This document shows, piece after piece, positions 10,301 to 26,000 of a stretch of 64,000 bases of DNA. The translations under genes were made by a program, and so were the position numbers. Each line of letters opens with the position of its first letter. Positions within the stretch are counted from its first letter, which is position 1. The notes under the pieces were generated by a model. That model was given only the letters and a program-made list of their open reading frames with translations. It was not told the origin of the DNA and did not search any database. Origin of the DNA: Eledone cirrhosa (taxonomy: Eukaryota); assembly GCA_964016885.1 (NCBI GenBank), contig OZ024741.1, forward strand, positions 399,590,001 to 399,654,000. Reading direction: 5' to 3'.

Positions 10301-11850
10301 GACACATATAACAGCTCCAGTGACGGCATATATACTATAGAGACATATAACAGCTCCAGTAGGGGTATATATGATATAGGGACAGATAACAGCTCCAGTG
10401 ACGATATATATAATATAGGGACAGATAACACCTCCATGACGGTATATATAATATAGGGACAGATAACACCTCCACTGACGGTATATATAATATAGGGATA
10501 GATACCAGCTCCAGTAGGGGTATATATGATATAGGGACAAATAACAGCTCCAGTAACGGTATATATAATATAAGGACATATAACAGCTCCAGTAACGGTA
10601 TATAAAATATAGGAACAGATAACAGCTCCAGTGACGGTATATATAATATAGGGACAGATAACACCTCCATGACGGTATATACAATATAGGGACAGATAAC
10701 AGCTCCAGTAGGGGTATATATAATATACAGACAGATAACAGTTCCAGTGACGGTATATTTACTTTAGAGACATATAACAGCTCCAGGAGGGGTATACATA
10801 ATATGGGGACAGCTCCAGCAGGGGTATATACAATATAGTGACAGATAACAGCTCCAGTGATGGTATACATAATATAGGGACAGATAAAATCTCCAGTGAC
10901 GGTATATATAATATAGTTACAGATAACAGCTCGAGAGACGGTATATATAATAGAGGGACAGATAACAGCTCCAGTAGGGATATATATAATATAGGGACAG
11001 ATAACACCTCCAGTGACGGTATATACAATATAGGGACAGATAACAGTTCCAGTAGGGGTATATATAATATAGGGACAGATAAAAGCTCCAGTAGGGGTAT
11101 ATATAATATAGAGACAAATAACAGTTCCAGTAGGGGTATATATAATATAGGGAGAGATAACAGCTCCAAAATCCGGTATATATAATATAGGGAGAGATAA
11201 CACCTCCATTGACGGTATATATAATATAGGGACAGATAACAGCTCCAGTAGAGGTATATATAATATAGGGAGATATAACAGCTCCAGTAGCGGTATATAT
11301 AATATAGGGACAGATAAAAGCTCCAGTGACGGTATATATAATATAGAGACAGATAATAGCTCGAGTGACGGTAATTATAATATAGGGACATATAATAGCT
11401 CCAGTGACGGTATATTTAATATAGGGACAGATAACACCTCCATGACGGTATATATAATATAGGGAGAGATAACAGCTCCAGTAGGGTATATATATAGTAT
11501 AGGGACAGATAACAGCACCAGTGACTATATATATAATATAGGGACAGATAACAGCTCCAGTGACGGTGTATATAATATAGGGTCAGATAATAGCTCCAGT
11601 GACGGTATATATAATATAGGGACAAATAACAGCTCCAGTAGGGGTATATATATAATAGGTGCAGATGACAGTTCCAGTAGGGTTATATATAATATAGGGA
11701 CAGATAACACCTCCAGTGACGTTATATATAATATAGGGACAGATAACAGCTCCAGTAGGGGTATATATAATATAGGGTCAGATGACAGCTCCAGTAGGGG
11801 TATATATAATATAGGGACAGATAACAGCTCCAGTGACGGTATATATAATA
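7350..11850 (+). repeat. Higher-order duplication, offset about 2.5 kb
   Basis: GTTAGATATATTATA at 7511/10011 (offset 2500); CTCCAAAATCCGG at 8671/11164 (offset 2493, after a 7-bp deletion near 10810). Confidence 0.85.
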
Positions 11851-14042
11851 TAGGGACAGATAACAGCTCCAGTGACTGTATATATAATATAGGGACAGAT
11901 AACAGCTCCAGTGACGGTATATATACTATAGAGACATATAACAGCTCCAGTAGGGTATATATAATATAGGGACAGATAACAACTCCGGTGACGTTAGATA
12001 TATTATAGGGACAGATAACAGCTTCAGTGACGGTATATATAATATAGGGACAAATACCAGCTCCAGTAACGGTATATATAATATAGGGACAGATAACAGT
12101 TGCAGTAGGGGTATAAAAATTATAGGTACAGATAACAGCTCCAGTAGGGGTCTATATATAATATAGGGACAGATTAGAGCTCCAGTAGGGGTATATATAA
12201 TATAGGGACAGATAACAGCTCCAGTGACGGTATATATAATATAGAGACACATAACAGCTCCAGTGACGGTATATATACTATAGACACATATAACAGCTCC
12301 AGTAGGGGTATATATGATATAGGGACAGATAACAGCTCCACTGACGATATGTATAATATAGGGACAGATAACACCTCCATGACGGTATATATAATATAGG
12401 GACAGATAACACCTCCACTGACGGTATATATAATATAGGGACAGATACCAGCTCCAGTAGGGGTATATATAATATAGGGACAAATAACAGCTCCAGTAAC
12501 GGTATATATAATATAAGGACATATAACAGCTCCAGTAACGGTATATATAATATAGGTACAGATAACAGCTCGAGTGTCGGTATTTATAATATAGGGACAT
12601 ATAATAGCTCCAGTGACGGTATATTTAATATAGGGACAGATAACACCTCCATGACGGTATATATAATATAGGGAGAGATAACAGCTCCAGTTGGGTATAT
12701 ATATAGTATAGGGACAGATAACAGCACCAGTGACTATATATATAATATAGGGACAGATAACAGCTCCAGTGACGGTGTATATAATATAGGGTCAGATAAT
12801 AGCTCCAGTGACGGTATATATAATATAGGGACAAATAACAGCTCCAGTAGGGGTATATATATAATAGGTGCAGATGACAGTTCCAGTAGGGTTATATATA
12901 ATATAGGGACAGATAACACCTCCAGTGACGTTATATATAATATAGGGACAGATAACAGCTCCAGTAGGGGTATATATAATATAGGGTCAGATGACAGCTC
13001 CAGTAGGGGTATATATAATATAGGGACAGATAACAGCTCCAGTGACGGTATATATAATATAGGGACAGATAACAGCTCCAGTGACTGTATATATAATATA
13101 GGGACAGATAACAGCTCCAGTGACGGTATATATACTATAGAGACATATAACAGCTCCAGTAGGGTATATATAATATAGGGACAGATAACAACTCCGGTGA
13201 CGTTAGATATATTATAGGGACAGATAACAGCTTCAGTGACGGTATATATGATATAGGGACAAATACCAGCTCCAGTAACGGTATATATAATATAGGGACA
13301 GATAACAGTTCCAGTAGGGGTATAAAAATTATAGGTACAGATAACAGCTCCAGTAGGGGTCTATATATAATATAGGGACAGATTAGAGCTCCAGTAGGGG
13401 TATATATAATATAGGGACAGATAACAGCTCCAGTGACGGTATATATAATATAGAGACACATAACAGCTCCAGTGACGGTATATATACTATAGACACATAT
13501 AACAGCTCCAGTAGGGGTATATATGATATAGGGACAGATAACAGCTCCAGTGACGATATATATAATATAGGGACAGATAACACCTCCATGACGGTATATA
13601 TAATATAGGGACAGATAACACCTCCACTGACGGTATATATAATATAGGGACAGATACCAGCTCCAGTAGGGGTATATATAATATAGGGACAAATAACAGC
13701 TCCAGTAACGGTATATATAATATAAGGACATATAACAGCTCCAGTAACGGTATATATAATATAGGTACAGATAACAGCTCGAGTGTCGGTATTTATAATA
13801 TAGGGACATATAATAGCTCCAGTGACGGTATATTTAATATAGGGACAGATAACACCTCCATGACGGTATATATAATATAGGGAGAGATAACAGCTCCAGT
13901 TGGGTATATATATAGTATAGGGACAGATAACAGCACCAGTGACGATATATATAATATAGGGACAGATAACAGCTCCAGTGACGGTGTATATAATATAGGG
14001 TCAGATAATAGCTCCAGTGACGGTATATATAATATAGGGACA
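11375..14042 (+). repeat. Higher-order repeat of 1209 bp (31 x 39), about 2.2 near-identical tandem copies
   Basis: ORF-track coordinates recur at exactly 1209 bp (11416/12625/13834, 11926/13135, 12174/13383) with near-identical translations. Confidence 0.92.
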
Positions 14043-17000
14043 GATAAAAGCACCAGTAGGGTATATATAATAAAGGGAAAGATAAGAGATCCAGTGATGG
14101 TATATATAATATAGGGACAGATAACAGCTTTAGTGGCGGTATGTATACTATATAGACAGATAACAGCTCCAGTGACGTTATGTATGATATAGGGACAGAT
14201 AACAGCTCCAGTATGGGTATATATATTATAGGGGCAGATAACAACTCCAGTGAGAGTATATATAATATAGGGACAGATAACAGCTCCAGTGACGGTGTAT
14301 ATAATATAGGGTCAGATAATAGCTCCAGTGACGGTATATATAATATATGGACAAATAACAGCTCCAGTAGGGGTATATATATAATAGGTGCAGATGACAG
14401 TTCCAGTAGGGTTATATATAATATAGGGACAGATAACACCTCCAGTGACGGTATATAAAATATAGGGACAGATAACAGCTCCAGTAGGGGTATATATAAT
14501 ATAGGGTCAGATGACAGCTCCAGTAGGGGTATATATAATATAGGGACAGATAACAGCTCCAGTGACGGTATATATAATATAGGGACAGATAACAGCTCCA
14601 GTGACGGTATATGTAATATAGGGACAGATAACAGCTCCAGTGACGGTATATATAATATAGGGACAGATAACAGCTCCAGTGACGGTATATATACTATAGA
14701 GACATATAACAGCTCCAGTAGGGTATATATAATATAGGGACAGATAACAACTCCGGTGACGTTAGATATATTATAGGGACAGATAACAGCTTCAGTGACG
14801 GTATATATAATATAGGGACAAATACCAGCTCCAGTAACGGTATATATAATATAGGGACAGATAACAGTTCCAGTAGGGGTATAAAAATTATAGGTACAGA
14901 TAACAGCTCCAGTAGGGGTCTATATATAATATAGGGACAGATTAGAGCTCCAGTAGGGGTATATATAATATAGGGACAGATAACAGCTCCAGTGACGGTT
15001 TATATAATATAGAGACACATAACAGCTCCAGTGACGGTATATATACTATAGACACATATAACAGCTCCAGTAGGGGTATATATGATATAGGGACAGATAA
15101 CAGCTCCAGTGACGATATATATAATATAGGGACAGATAACACCTCCATGACGGTATATATAATATAGGGACAGATAACACCTCCACTGACGGTATATATA
15201 ATATAGGGACAGATACCAGCTCCAGTAGGGGTATATATAATATAGGGACAAATAACAGCTCCAGTAACGGTATATATAATATAAGGACATATAACAGCTC
15301 CAGTAACGGTATATATAATATAGGAACAGATAACAGCTCCAGTGACGGTATATATAATATAGGGACAGATAAAACCTCCATGACGGTATATATAATATAC
15401 AGACAGATAACAGCTCCAGTGACGCTATATATAATATAGGTACAGATAACAGCTCGAGTGACGGTATTTATAATATAGGGACATATAAAAGCTCCAGTGA
15501 CGGTATATTTAATATAGGGACAGATAACACCTCCATGACGGTATATATAATATAGGGACAGATAACAGCTCCAGTGACGGTGTATATAATATAGGGTCAG
15601 ATAATAGCTCCAGTGACGGTATATATAATATAGGGACAAATAACAGCTCCAGTAGGGGTATATATATAATAGGTGCAGATGACAGTTCCAGTAGGTTTAT
15701 ATATAATATAGGGACAGAAAACATCTCCAGTGAGGGTATATATAATACAGGGACAGATAACAGCTCCAGTGACGGTATATATAATATAGGGACAGATAAC
15801 AGCTCCAGTGACGGTATATATAATATAGGGACAGACAACAGCTCCAGTGACGGTATATATACTATAGGGTCATACAACAGCTCCAGTAAGGGTGTGTATG
15901 ATATAGGGACAGATAACAGCTCCAGTAGGGGTATATATATTATAGGGACAGATAACAGCTCCAGTGAAGGTATATATACTATAGGGACATACAAGAGCTC
16001 CAGTAGGGGTATATATGATATAGGGACAGATAATAGCTCCAGTGATGGTATATATAATATAGGGAAAGATAACAGCTCCAGTAGAATTATATATAATATA
16101 GAGACAGATAAGACCTCCAGTGACGTGATATATAATATAGGGACAGATAACAGCTCCAGTAGGGGTATATATACTATAGAGACAGATAACAGCTGCAGTG
16201 ACAGGTATATATAATATAGAGACAGATAACAGATCCAGTGACGGTATATATAATATAGGGACAGATAAGAGATCCAGTAGGGGTATATATAATATAGGGA
16301 CAGATAACAACTCCAGTGACGGTATATATATTATAGGGGCAGATAACAGCTCCAGTGATGGTATATGTACTATAGAGACAGATAACAGCTCCAGTGACGG
16401 TATATATAATATGGGGACAGATAACACCTCCAATGACGGTATATATAATACAGGCTCATCTAAGAGCTCCAGTGACGTTACATATAATATAAGGACAGAT
16501 AACAGCTCCAGTGACGGTATATATAATATAGAGACAGATAACACCTCCAGTGACGGAATATATAATATAGGGACAGATAAAAGCTCCAGTGGGGTTATAT
16601 ATAATATAGGGTCAGATAACTGCTCCAGTGACTGTATATATAATATAGAGACAAATAACACGTCCAGTGACGGTATATATAATATAGGGAAAGACAAAAT
16701 CTCCAGTAGGGGTATATATAATATAGGGACAGATAACAGCTCCAGTGACGGTATATATAATATAGGGACAGATAACAGCTTTCGTAACGGTATATAAAAT
16801 ATAGTGACAGATAACAGCTCCAGTGACATTATATATAACATAGGGTCGGATAACATCTCCAGTATGGGTATATATAATATAGGGGCTGATTACAGCTCCA
16901 GTGAGGGTATTTATAATATAGGGACATATAACAGCTCCAGTAGGTGTTTATATAATATAGGGACAAATAACAGCTCCAGTGACGTTATATATAATATAGG

Positions 17001-20000
17001 GAGAGATAACAGCTCCAGTAGGGGTATATATAATATAGGGACAGATAACAGCTTCAGTGACGGTATATATAATATAGGGACAGATAACAGCTCCATAGGG
17101 TTTACATAATATAGGGACAGATAACAGCTACAGTGACGGTATATATACTATAGAGACAGATAACAGCTGCAGTGACGGTATATATTATATAGAGACAGAA
17201 AACAGCTCCAGTAGGGGTATATATAATATAGGGACAGATAACAAATCCAGTGACGGTATATATAATATAGGGACAGATAAAAGCTCCAGAAGGGGTATAT
17301 ATAATATACGGACAGATAAAAGCTCCAGTATGGGTATATATAATATAGGGACGGATAACAGCTCCAGTAGGGTATATATATAATATAGGGACAGATAACA
17401 GCTCCAGTGACGGTATATATACTATAGAGACAGATAACAGCTCCAGTGACGGTATATATAATATAGTGACAGATAAAAGCTCCAGTAGGGGTATATATAA
17501 TACAGGGACAGATAACACCTCCAGTGACGCTATATATAATATAGGGACAGATAACACCTCCAGTGACGGTATAAATAATATAGGGACAGATAACAAATCC
17601 AGTAGGGGATTATATAATATTGGGACAGATAACAGCTCCAGTGACGGTCTATATAATATAGGGACAGGTAACAGCTCAAGTGACAGTATATATAATGTAG
17701 AGACACGTAACAGCTCCAGTGACGGTATATATACTATAGAGACATATAACAACTCCAGTAGGTGTATATATAATATAGGGACAGATAACAACTCCAGTGA
17801 CGGTATATATACTATAGAGACATATAACAGCTCCAGTGGGGGTATATATAATATATGGATAGTAAACAGCTCCATTAGGTGTATATAAAATATAGGGACA
17901 GATAACAGTGCCAGTGACGGTATATATAATATAGAGACATATAACAGCTTTAGTGACGGTATATATACTATAGAAACAGATAACAGCTCCAGTTACGTTA
18001 TATATAATATAGGGACGGATAATAGCTCCAGTATGGGTATATATAATATAGGGGCAGATTACATCTCCAGTGAGGATATATATATTATAGGGACAGATAA
18101 CAGCTCCAGTGACGGTATATATAATATAGGGACAGATAACAACTCCAGTAGGTGTTTGTATAATATAGGGACAGTTAACAGCTCTAATGAGGGTATATAT
18201 AATATAGGGACAGATAACAGATCCAGTGATGCTATATATAATATAGGGTCAGATAACAGCCCCAGTGACGGTATATATAATATAGGGACAGATAACAGCT
18301 CCAGTATGGGTATATATAAAATAGGTGCAGATATCAGCTCTATTGACGGTATATATCCTTTACAGACATATAACAGCTCCAGTAGGGGTATATATAATAT
18401 AGGGACAGATAACAGGTCCAGTGACGGTATATATGATATAGGAACATATAACAGCTCCAGCGTCGGTATATATAATATAGGGACAGAGAACAGCTCCAGT
18501 GACGGTATATATAATATAGGGACAGATAATAGCTCCAGTAGGGTATATAAAATATAGGGACATATAAGAGCTCCAGTGACGGTATATCAAATATAGGGAC
18601 TGATAACAGCTCCAGTAGGTGTATATATAATATAGGGACAGATAACAGCTCCAGTATGGGTATATATAATATAGGGACAGATAACAGCTCCAATGACGGT
18701 ATATATAACATAGAGTCAGATAACAGCTCCAGTGACGGTATATATAATATAGAGACAGATAACAGCTCTAGTAAGAGTATATATAATATAGAGACAGATA
18801 ACAGCTCCAGTAGGGGTATATATAATATAGGGACAGATAACAGCTCCAGCAGGGGTATATATAATATAGGGACAGATAACAGCTCCAGTGATGGTATATA
18901 TAAAATAGGGACAGATAAATGCTCCAGTAGGGGTATATATAATATACTGACAGATTACAGCTCCAGCAGGTGTATATATAATTAAGGGACAAATAACACC
19001 TCCAGTGACGGTATATATAATATAGGCACAGATAACAGCACCATTCACGGTATATATAATATAGGGTCAGATAACAGCTCTAGTGACGGTATATATAATA
19101 TAGGGACGGATAACATCTCCAGTATGGGTATATATAATATAGGGTCAGATAACAGCTCCAATGAGGGTACATATAATATAGGGACAGATAACAGCTCTAG
19201 TAAGAGTATGTATAATATAGAGACAGATAACAGCTCCAGTAGGGGTATATATAATATAGAGACAGATAACAGCTCCAGTAGGGGTTGATATATAATATAG
19301 GGACAGATAACAGCTCCAGTGACGGTATATATAATATAGGGAAAGATAAAAGCTCCAGTAGGTGTATATACAATATACTGACAGATAACAGCTCCAGCAG
19401 GGATATATATAATTAAGGGACAAATAACACCTCCAGTGACGTTATATATAATATAGGGACAGATAACAGCACCATTAACGGTATATATAATATAGGGTCA
19501 GATAACAGCTGCATTGACGGTATATATAATATAGGGACAGATAACACCTCGAGTGACGGTATATATGATATAGAGACAGATAACAGCACGATAAGGGGTA
19601 TATATAACATAGGGACATATTAAAGCTCCAGCAAGGGTATATATAATATTGTGACAGATAACAGCTCCAGTGATGGTATATATAATATAGGGACAGATAA
19701 CAACTCCAGTGACGGTATATATAATATAGGGACAGATAATAGCTCCAGTAGAGGTTTATATAATATAGGGACAGATAACAGCTCCAGTAAGAGTATATAT
19801 AATATAGGGACAGACAACAGCTCCAGTAGGGTATATATAATATAGGGACAGATAACAGCTCCAGTGAAGGCATATATAATATAGAGACAGATAAAAGCTC
19901 CAGTGACGGTGTATATAATATAGGGACAGATAACACCTCCATTACGGTATATATAATATAGGGACAGATAACAGCTCCAGTGACGGTATATATACTATAG

Positions 20001-20009
20001 AGACAGATA

Positions 20010-23000
20010 ACAGCTCCAGTAACGGTATATATAATATAGGGTCAGTTAACAGCTCCAGTGATGGTATATATAATATAGGGACGGATAACAGCTCCAGTAT
20101 GGGTATATATAATATAGGGGCAGATAACAACTCCAATGAGGGTACATATAATATAGGGACAGATAACAGCTCCAGTAGGGGTATATATAATATAGGCGCA
20201 GATAACAGCTCCTGTGACGGTATATATAATATAGGGACAGATAAAATCTGCAGTGACGGTTTATATAATATAGGGACAGAAAACACCTCCAGTGACGGTA
20301 TATATAATATAGTGACAGATAACAGCTCCAGTGACGGTATATATAATATAGGGACAGATAACAGCTCCATTGACTGTATATATAATATAGGGACAGATAT
20401 CAGCTCCAGTGACGGTATATATAATATAGGGACATATAAGAGCTCCAGTAGGGGTATATATAATATAGGGACAGATAACAGCTCTAGTACGGGTATATAT
20501 ATTATAGGGACAGATAACAGCTCCAGTGACGGTATATATAATATAGGGACAGATAACACCTCCATGACGGTATATATAATATAGGGACAGATAACAGCAC
20601 CAGTAGGGCTATATATAATATAGAGACGGAAAACACCTCCTGTGACGTGATATATAACATAGGGGCAGATAACAGCTCCAGTTGGTTTATATATACTATA
20701 AAGACAGATAACAGCTCCAGTAGGGGTATATATAATATAGGGTCAGATAACAGCTCCAGTGACGGTATATATAAGATAGGGACATATAACAGCTCCAGTG
20801 TCGGTATATATAATATAGGGACAGATAACAGCTCCAGTAACGGTATATATAATATACGGACAGATAACACCTCCAGTGACGGTATATCTAGTATAGAGAC
20901 GGATAATTGCTCCAGTATGTGTATATATAATATAGGAACAGATAACAGCTCCAGTAGGTGTATATATAATATAGGGACAAATAACTGCTGCACTAAATGA
21001 TATAGTGACAGATAACAGTTCCCGCGACGGTATATATAATGTAGGGACATATAACAGCTGCAGTAGGGGTATATATAATATAGGAACAGATAAAAGCTCC
21101 AGTGACGGTATATATACTATAGAGACGGATAACAGCTCCAGTATGGGTATATATAATAGAGAGACAGATAACAGCTCAAGTATGGGTATATATAATATAG
21201 GGACAGATACCAGCTCCAGTAGAGTTATATATAATATAGAGACAGAAAACAGCTCCAGTGACGTTATATATGATATAGGGACGGATAACATTTCCAGTAG
21301 GGGTATATATAACATAGAGACAGATAACAGCTCCAGTGACGATATATATCATATAGGGACAGATAACAGCTCCAGTTCGGGTATATATAATATTGGGACA
21401 GATAACAGTTCCAGTGACGGTCGTCTATATAGGGACAGATAAAAGCACCAGTGACGGTATATATAATATAGGGGCAGATAACAGCTCCAGTAGGGGTATA
21501 TATAATATAGGGAAAGATAACAGCTCCAGTGACGTTATATATAATATACGGACGGATAACAGCTCCAGTATGGTTATATATAATATAGGGACAGATAAAA
21601 GCTCCAGTAGGGGTATATATAATATAGGGGCAATTACCAGCTCCAATGAGGGTATATATAATATAGGGACAGATAACACCTCCACTGACGGTATATATAA
21701 TATAGCGATAGATAACAGCACCAGTGACGTTATATATAATATAGGGACAGATAACAGCTCCAGTAGTGGTATATATAATATAGGGACAGATAAATGCTCC
21801 AGTGACGTTATATATAATATAGGGACAGATAACAGCTCCAGTGACGGTATATATAATATAGAGACAGATAACAGCTCCAGTGACGGTATATATAATATAG
21901 AAACAGATAACACCTCCAGTAGGGGCATATATAATATAGAGACAGATAACAACTCCAGTGACAGTATATATAATATAGGGACAGATAACAGCTCCAGTGA
22001 CGGTATATATAATATATGGACAGATAACAGCTCCAGTGACGGTATATATAATATAGGGACAGATAACAGCTCCAGTAGGGTATATATATAATATAGGGAC
22101 AGATAACGGCTCCAGTAGGGGTATATATAATATAGGGACAGATAACAGCTGCAGTGTCGTTATATATAATATAGTGACAGATAAAAGCTCCAGTGACCGT
22201 ATATATAATATAGAGACAGATAACAGCTCCAGTGACGGTATATATAATATAGGGACAGATAACAGCTCCAGTGACTGTATATATAATATAGGGACAGATA
22301 ACAGCTCCAGTGACGGTATATATAATATAGAGAGAGATAACAGCTCCAGTGACGGTATATATAATATAGGGACAGATAACAGCTCCAGTGACGGTATATA
22401 TAATATAGAGTCAGATAACAGCTCCAGTGACGGTATATATAATATAGAGACAGATAACAGCTCCAGTTACGGTATATATAATATAGAGACAGATAACAAC
22501 TCCAGTAGGTGTATATGTAATATATGGTCAGATAACAGGTCTAGTGACGGCATATATAATATAGAGACAGATAACAGATCCAGTGACGGTATATATAATA
22601 TAGGGACAGATAACACCTCCTGTGACGTTATATATAATATACGGACAGATAACAGTTCCAGTGAGCTTATATATAATACAGGATCAGATAACAACTCCAG
22701 TGACGGTATATATAATATAGGGACAGATAACACCTCCAGTGACGGTATATATAATATATGGACAGATAACACCTCCATTGACGTATATATAATATAGGGA
22801 CACATAAAAGCACCAGTAGGGTATATATAATATAGGGAAAGATAAGAGCTCCAGTGATGGTATATATAATATAGGGACAGATAACAGCTTTAGTGACGGT
22901 ATATATACTATAGAGACAGATAACAGCTCCAGTGACGTTATGTATAATATAGGGACAGATACAAGCTCCAGTATGGGTATATATATATTATAGGGGCAGA

Positions 23001-26000
23001 TAACAGCTCCAGTGAGAGTATATATAATATAGGGACAGATAACAGCTCCAGTGACGGTATATATAATATAGGGACAGATAATAGCTGCAGTAACGGTATA
23101 TATAATATAGGGACAGAAAACATCTCCAGTGACGGTATATATAATATAGGGACAGATAACAGCTCCAGTGACGGTATATATAATATAGGGACAGATAACA
23201 GCTCCAGTGACGGTATATATAATATAGGGATAGAGAACAGCTCCAGTGACGGTATATATAATATAGGGACAGATAACAGTTCCAGTAGGAGTATATATAA
23301 TATAGGGATAGATAACACCTCCAGTGACGGTATATATAATATAGGGACAGACAACAGCTCTATTGACGGTATATATACTCTAGAGACATATAACAGCTAC
23401 AGTAGGGGTATATATAATATAGGGACAGATAACAGCTCCAGTAGGGGTATATATATTATAGCGACAGATAACAGCTCCAGTGACGGTATATATAATATAG
23501 GGACAGATAACACCTCCATGACGGTATATATAATAAAGGGACTGATAACAGCTCCAGTAGGGGTATATATAATATAGAGACAGATAACACCTCGAGTGAC
23601 GTTATATATAATATAGGGACAGATAACATCTCCAGTGTCGGTATATATAATATAGGGACAGAGAAGAGCTCCAGTGATGGTATATATAATATAGGGTCAG
23701 ATAACAGCTCCAGTAATGGTATATTTGAGATAGGGACAGATAACAGCTCTAGTGACGGTATATATAATATAGGGACAGATAACAGCTCCAGTAGGGGTAT
23801 ATATAATTAAGGCACAAATAACACCTCCTGTGACTGTATATATAATATACGGACAGATGACAGTTCGAGTGAGCTTATATATAATATAGGGACAGATAGC
23901 AGCTCCATTTACGGTATATATAATATAGAGACAGATAACAGCTCCAGTGACGGTATAAATAATATAGGGACAGATAACACTTCCAGTGACGGTATATATA
24001 ATACAGGATCAGATAACAACTCCAGTGACGGTATATATAATATAGGGACAGATAACACCTCCATTGACGGTATATATAATATAGGGACAGATAAAAGCAC
24101 CAGTAGGGTATATATAATATAGGGAAAGATAAGAGATCCAGTGATGGTATATATAATATAGGGACAGATAACAGCTTTAGTGGCGGTATATATACTATAT
24201 AGACAGATAACAGCTCCAGTGACGTTATGTATAATATAAGGACAGATAACAGCTCCAGTATGGGTATATATATTATAGGGGCAGATAACAGCTCCAGTGA
24301 TGGTATATATAATATAGGGACAGATAACAGTTCCAGTGACAGTATATATAATATAGGGACAGATAACAGCTCCAGTAACGGTATATATAATATAGGGTCA
24401 GTTAACAGCTCCAGTGATGGTATATATAATATAGGGACGGATAACAGCTCCAGTATGGGTATATATAATATAGGGGCAGATAACAACTCCAATGAGGGTA
24501 CATATAATATAGGGACAGATAACAGCTCCAGTAGGGGTATATATAATATAGGCGCAGATAACAGCTCCAGTGACGGTATATATAATATAAGGTCAGATAA
24601 CAGCTCCTGTGACGGTATATATAATATAGGGACAGATAAAATCTGCAGTGACGGTATATATAATATAGGGACAGAAAACACCTCCAGTGACGGTATATAT
24701 AATATAGTGACAGATAACAGCTCCAGTGACGGTATATATAATATAGGGACAGATAACAGCTCCAGTGACTGTATATATAATATAGGGACACATATCAGCT
24801 CCAGTGACGGTATATATAATATAGGGACATATAATAGCTCCAGTAGGGGTATATATAATATTGGGACAGATAACAGCTCTAGTAAGAGTATATATATTAT
24901 AGGGACAGATAACAGCTCCAGTGACGGTATATATAATATAGAGACAGATAACACCTCCATGACGGTATATATAATATAGGGACAGATAACAGCACCAGTA
25001 GGGGTATATATAATATAGAGACGGAAAACACCTCCTGTGACGTGATATATAACATAGGGGCAGATAACAGCTCCAGTTGGTTTATATATACTATAAAGAC
25101 AGATAACAGCTCCAGTAGGGGTATATATAATATAGGGTCAGATAACAGCTCCAGTGACGGTATATATAAGATAGGGACATATAACAGCTCCAGTGTCGGT
25201 ATATATAATATAGGGACAGATAACAGCTCCAGTAACGGTATATATAATATACGGACAGATAACACCTCCAGTGACGGTATATCTAGTATAGGGACGGATA
25301 ATTGCTCCAGTATGTGTATATATAATATAGGAACAGATAACAGCTCCAGTAGGTGTATATATAATATAGGGACAAATAACTGCTGCACTAAGGGTATATA
25401 TGATATAGTGACAGATAACAGTTCCCGCGACGGTATATATAATGTAGGGACATATAACAGCTGCAGTAGGGGTATATATAATATAGGAACAGATAAAAGC
25501 TCCAGTGACGGTATATATACTATAGAGACGGATAACAGCTCCAGTATGGGTATATATAATAGAGAGACAGATAACAGCTCCAGTATGGGTATATATAATA
25601 TAGGGACAGATACCAGCTCCAGTAGAGTTATATATAATATAGAGACAGATAACAGCACCAGTGACGTTATATATGATATAGGGACGGATAACAGTTCCAG
25701 TAGGGGTATATATAACATAGAGACAGATAACAGCTCCAGTGACGATATATATCATATAGGGACAGATAACAGCTCCAGTTCGGGTATATATAATATTGGG
25801 ACAGATAACAGTTCCAGTGACGGTCGTCTATATAGGGACAGATAAAAGCACCAGTGACGGTATATATAATATAGGGACAGATAACAGCTCCAGTAGTGGT
25901 ATATATAATATAGGGGCAATTACCAGCTCCAATGAGGGTATATATAATATAGGGACAGATAACACCTCCACTGACGGTATATATAATATAGCGATAGATA

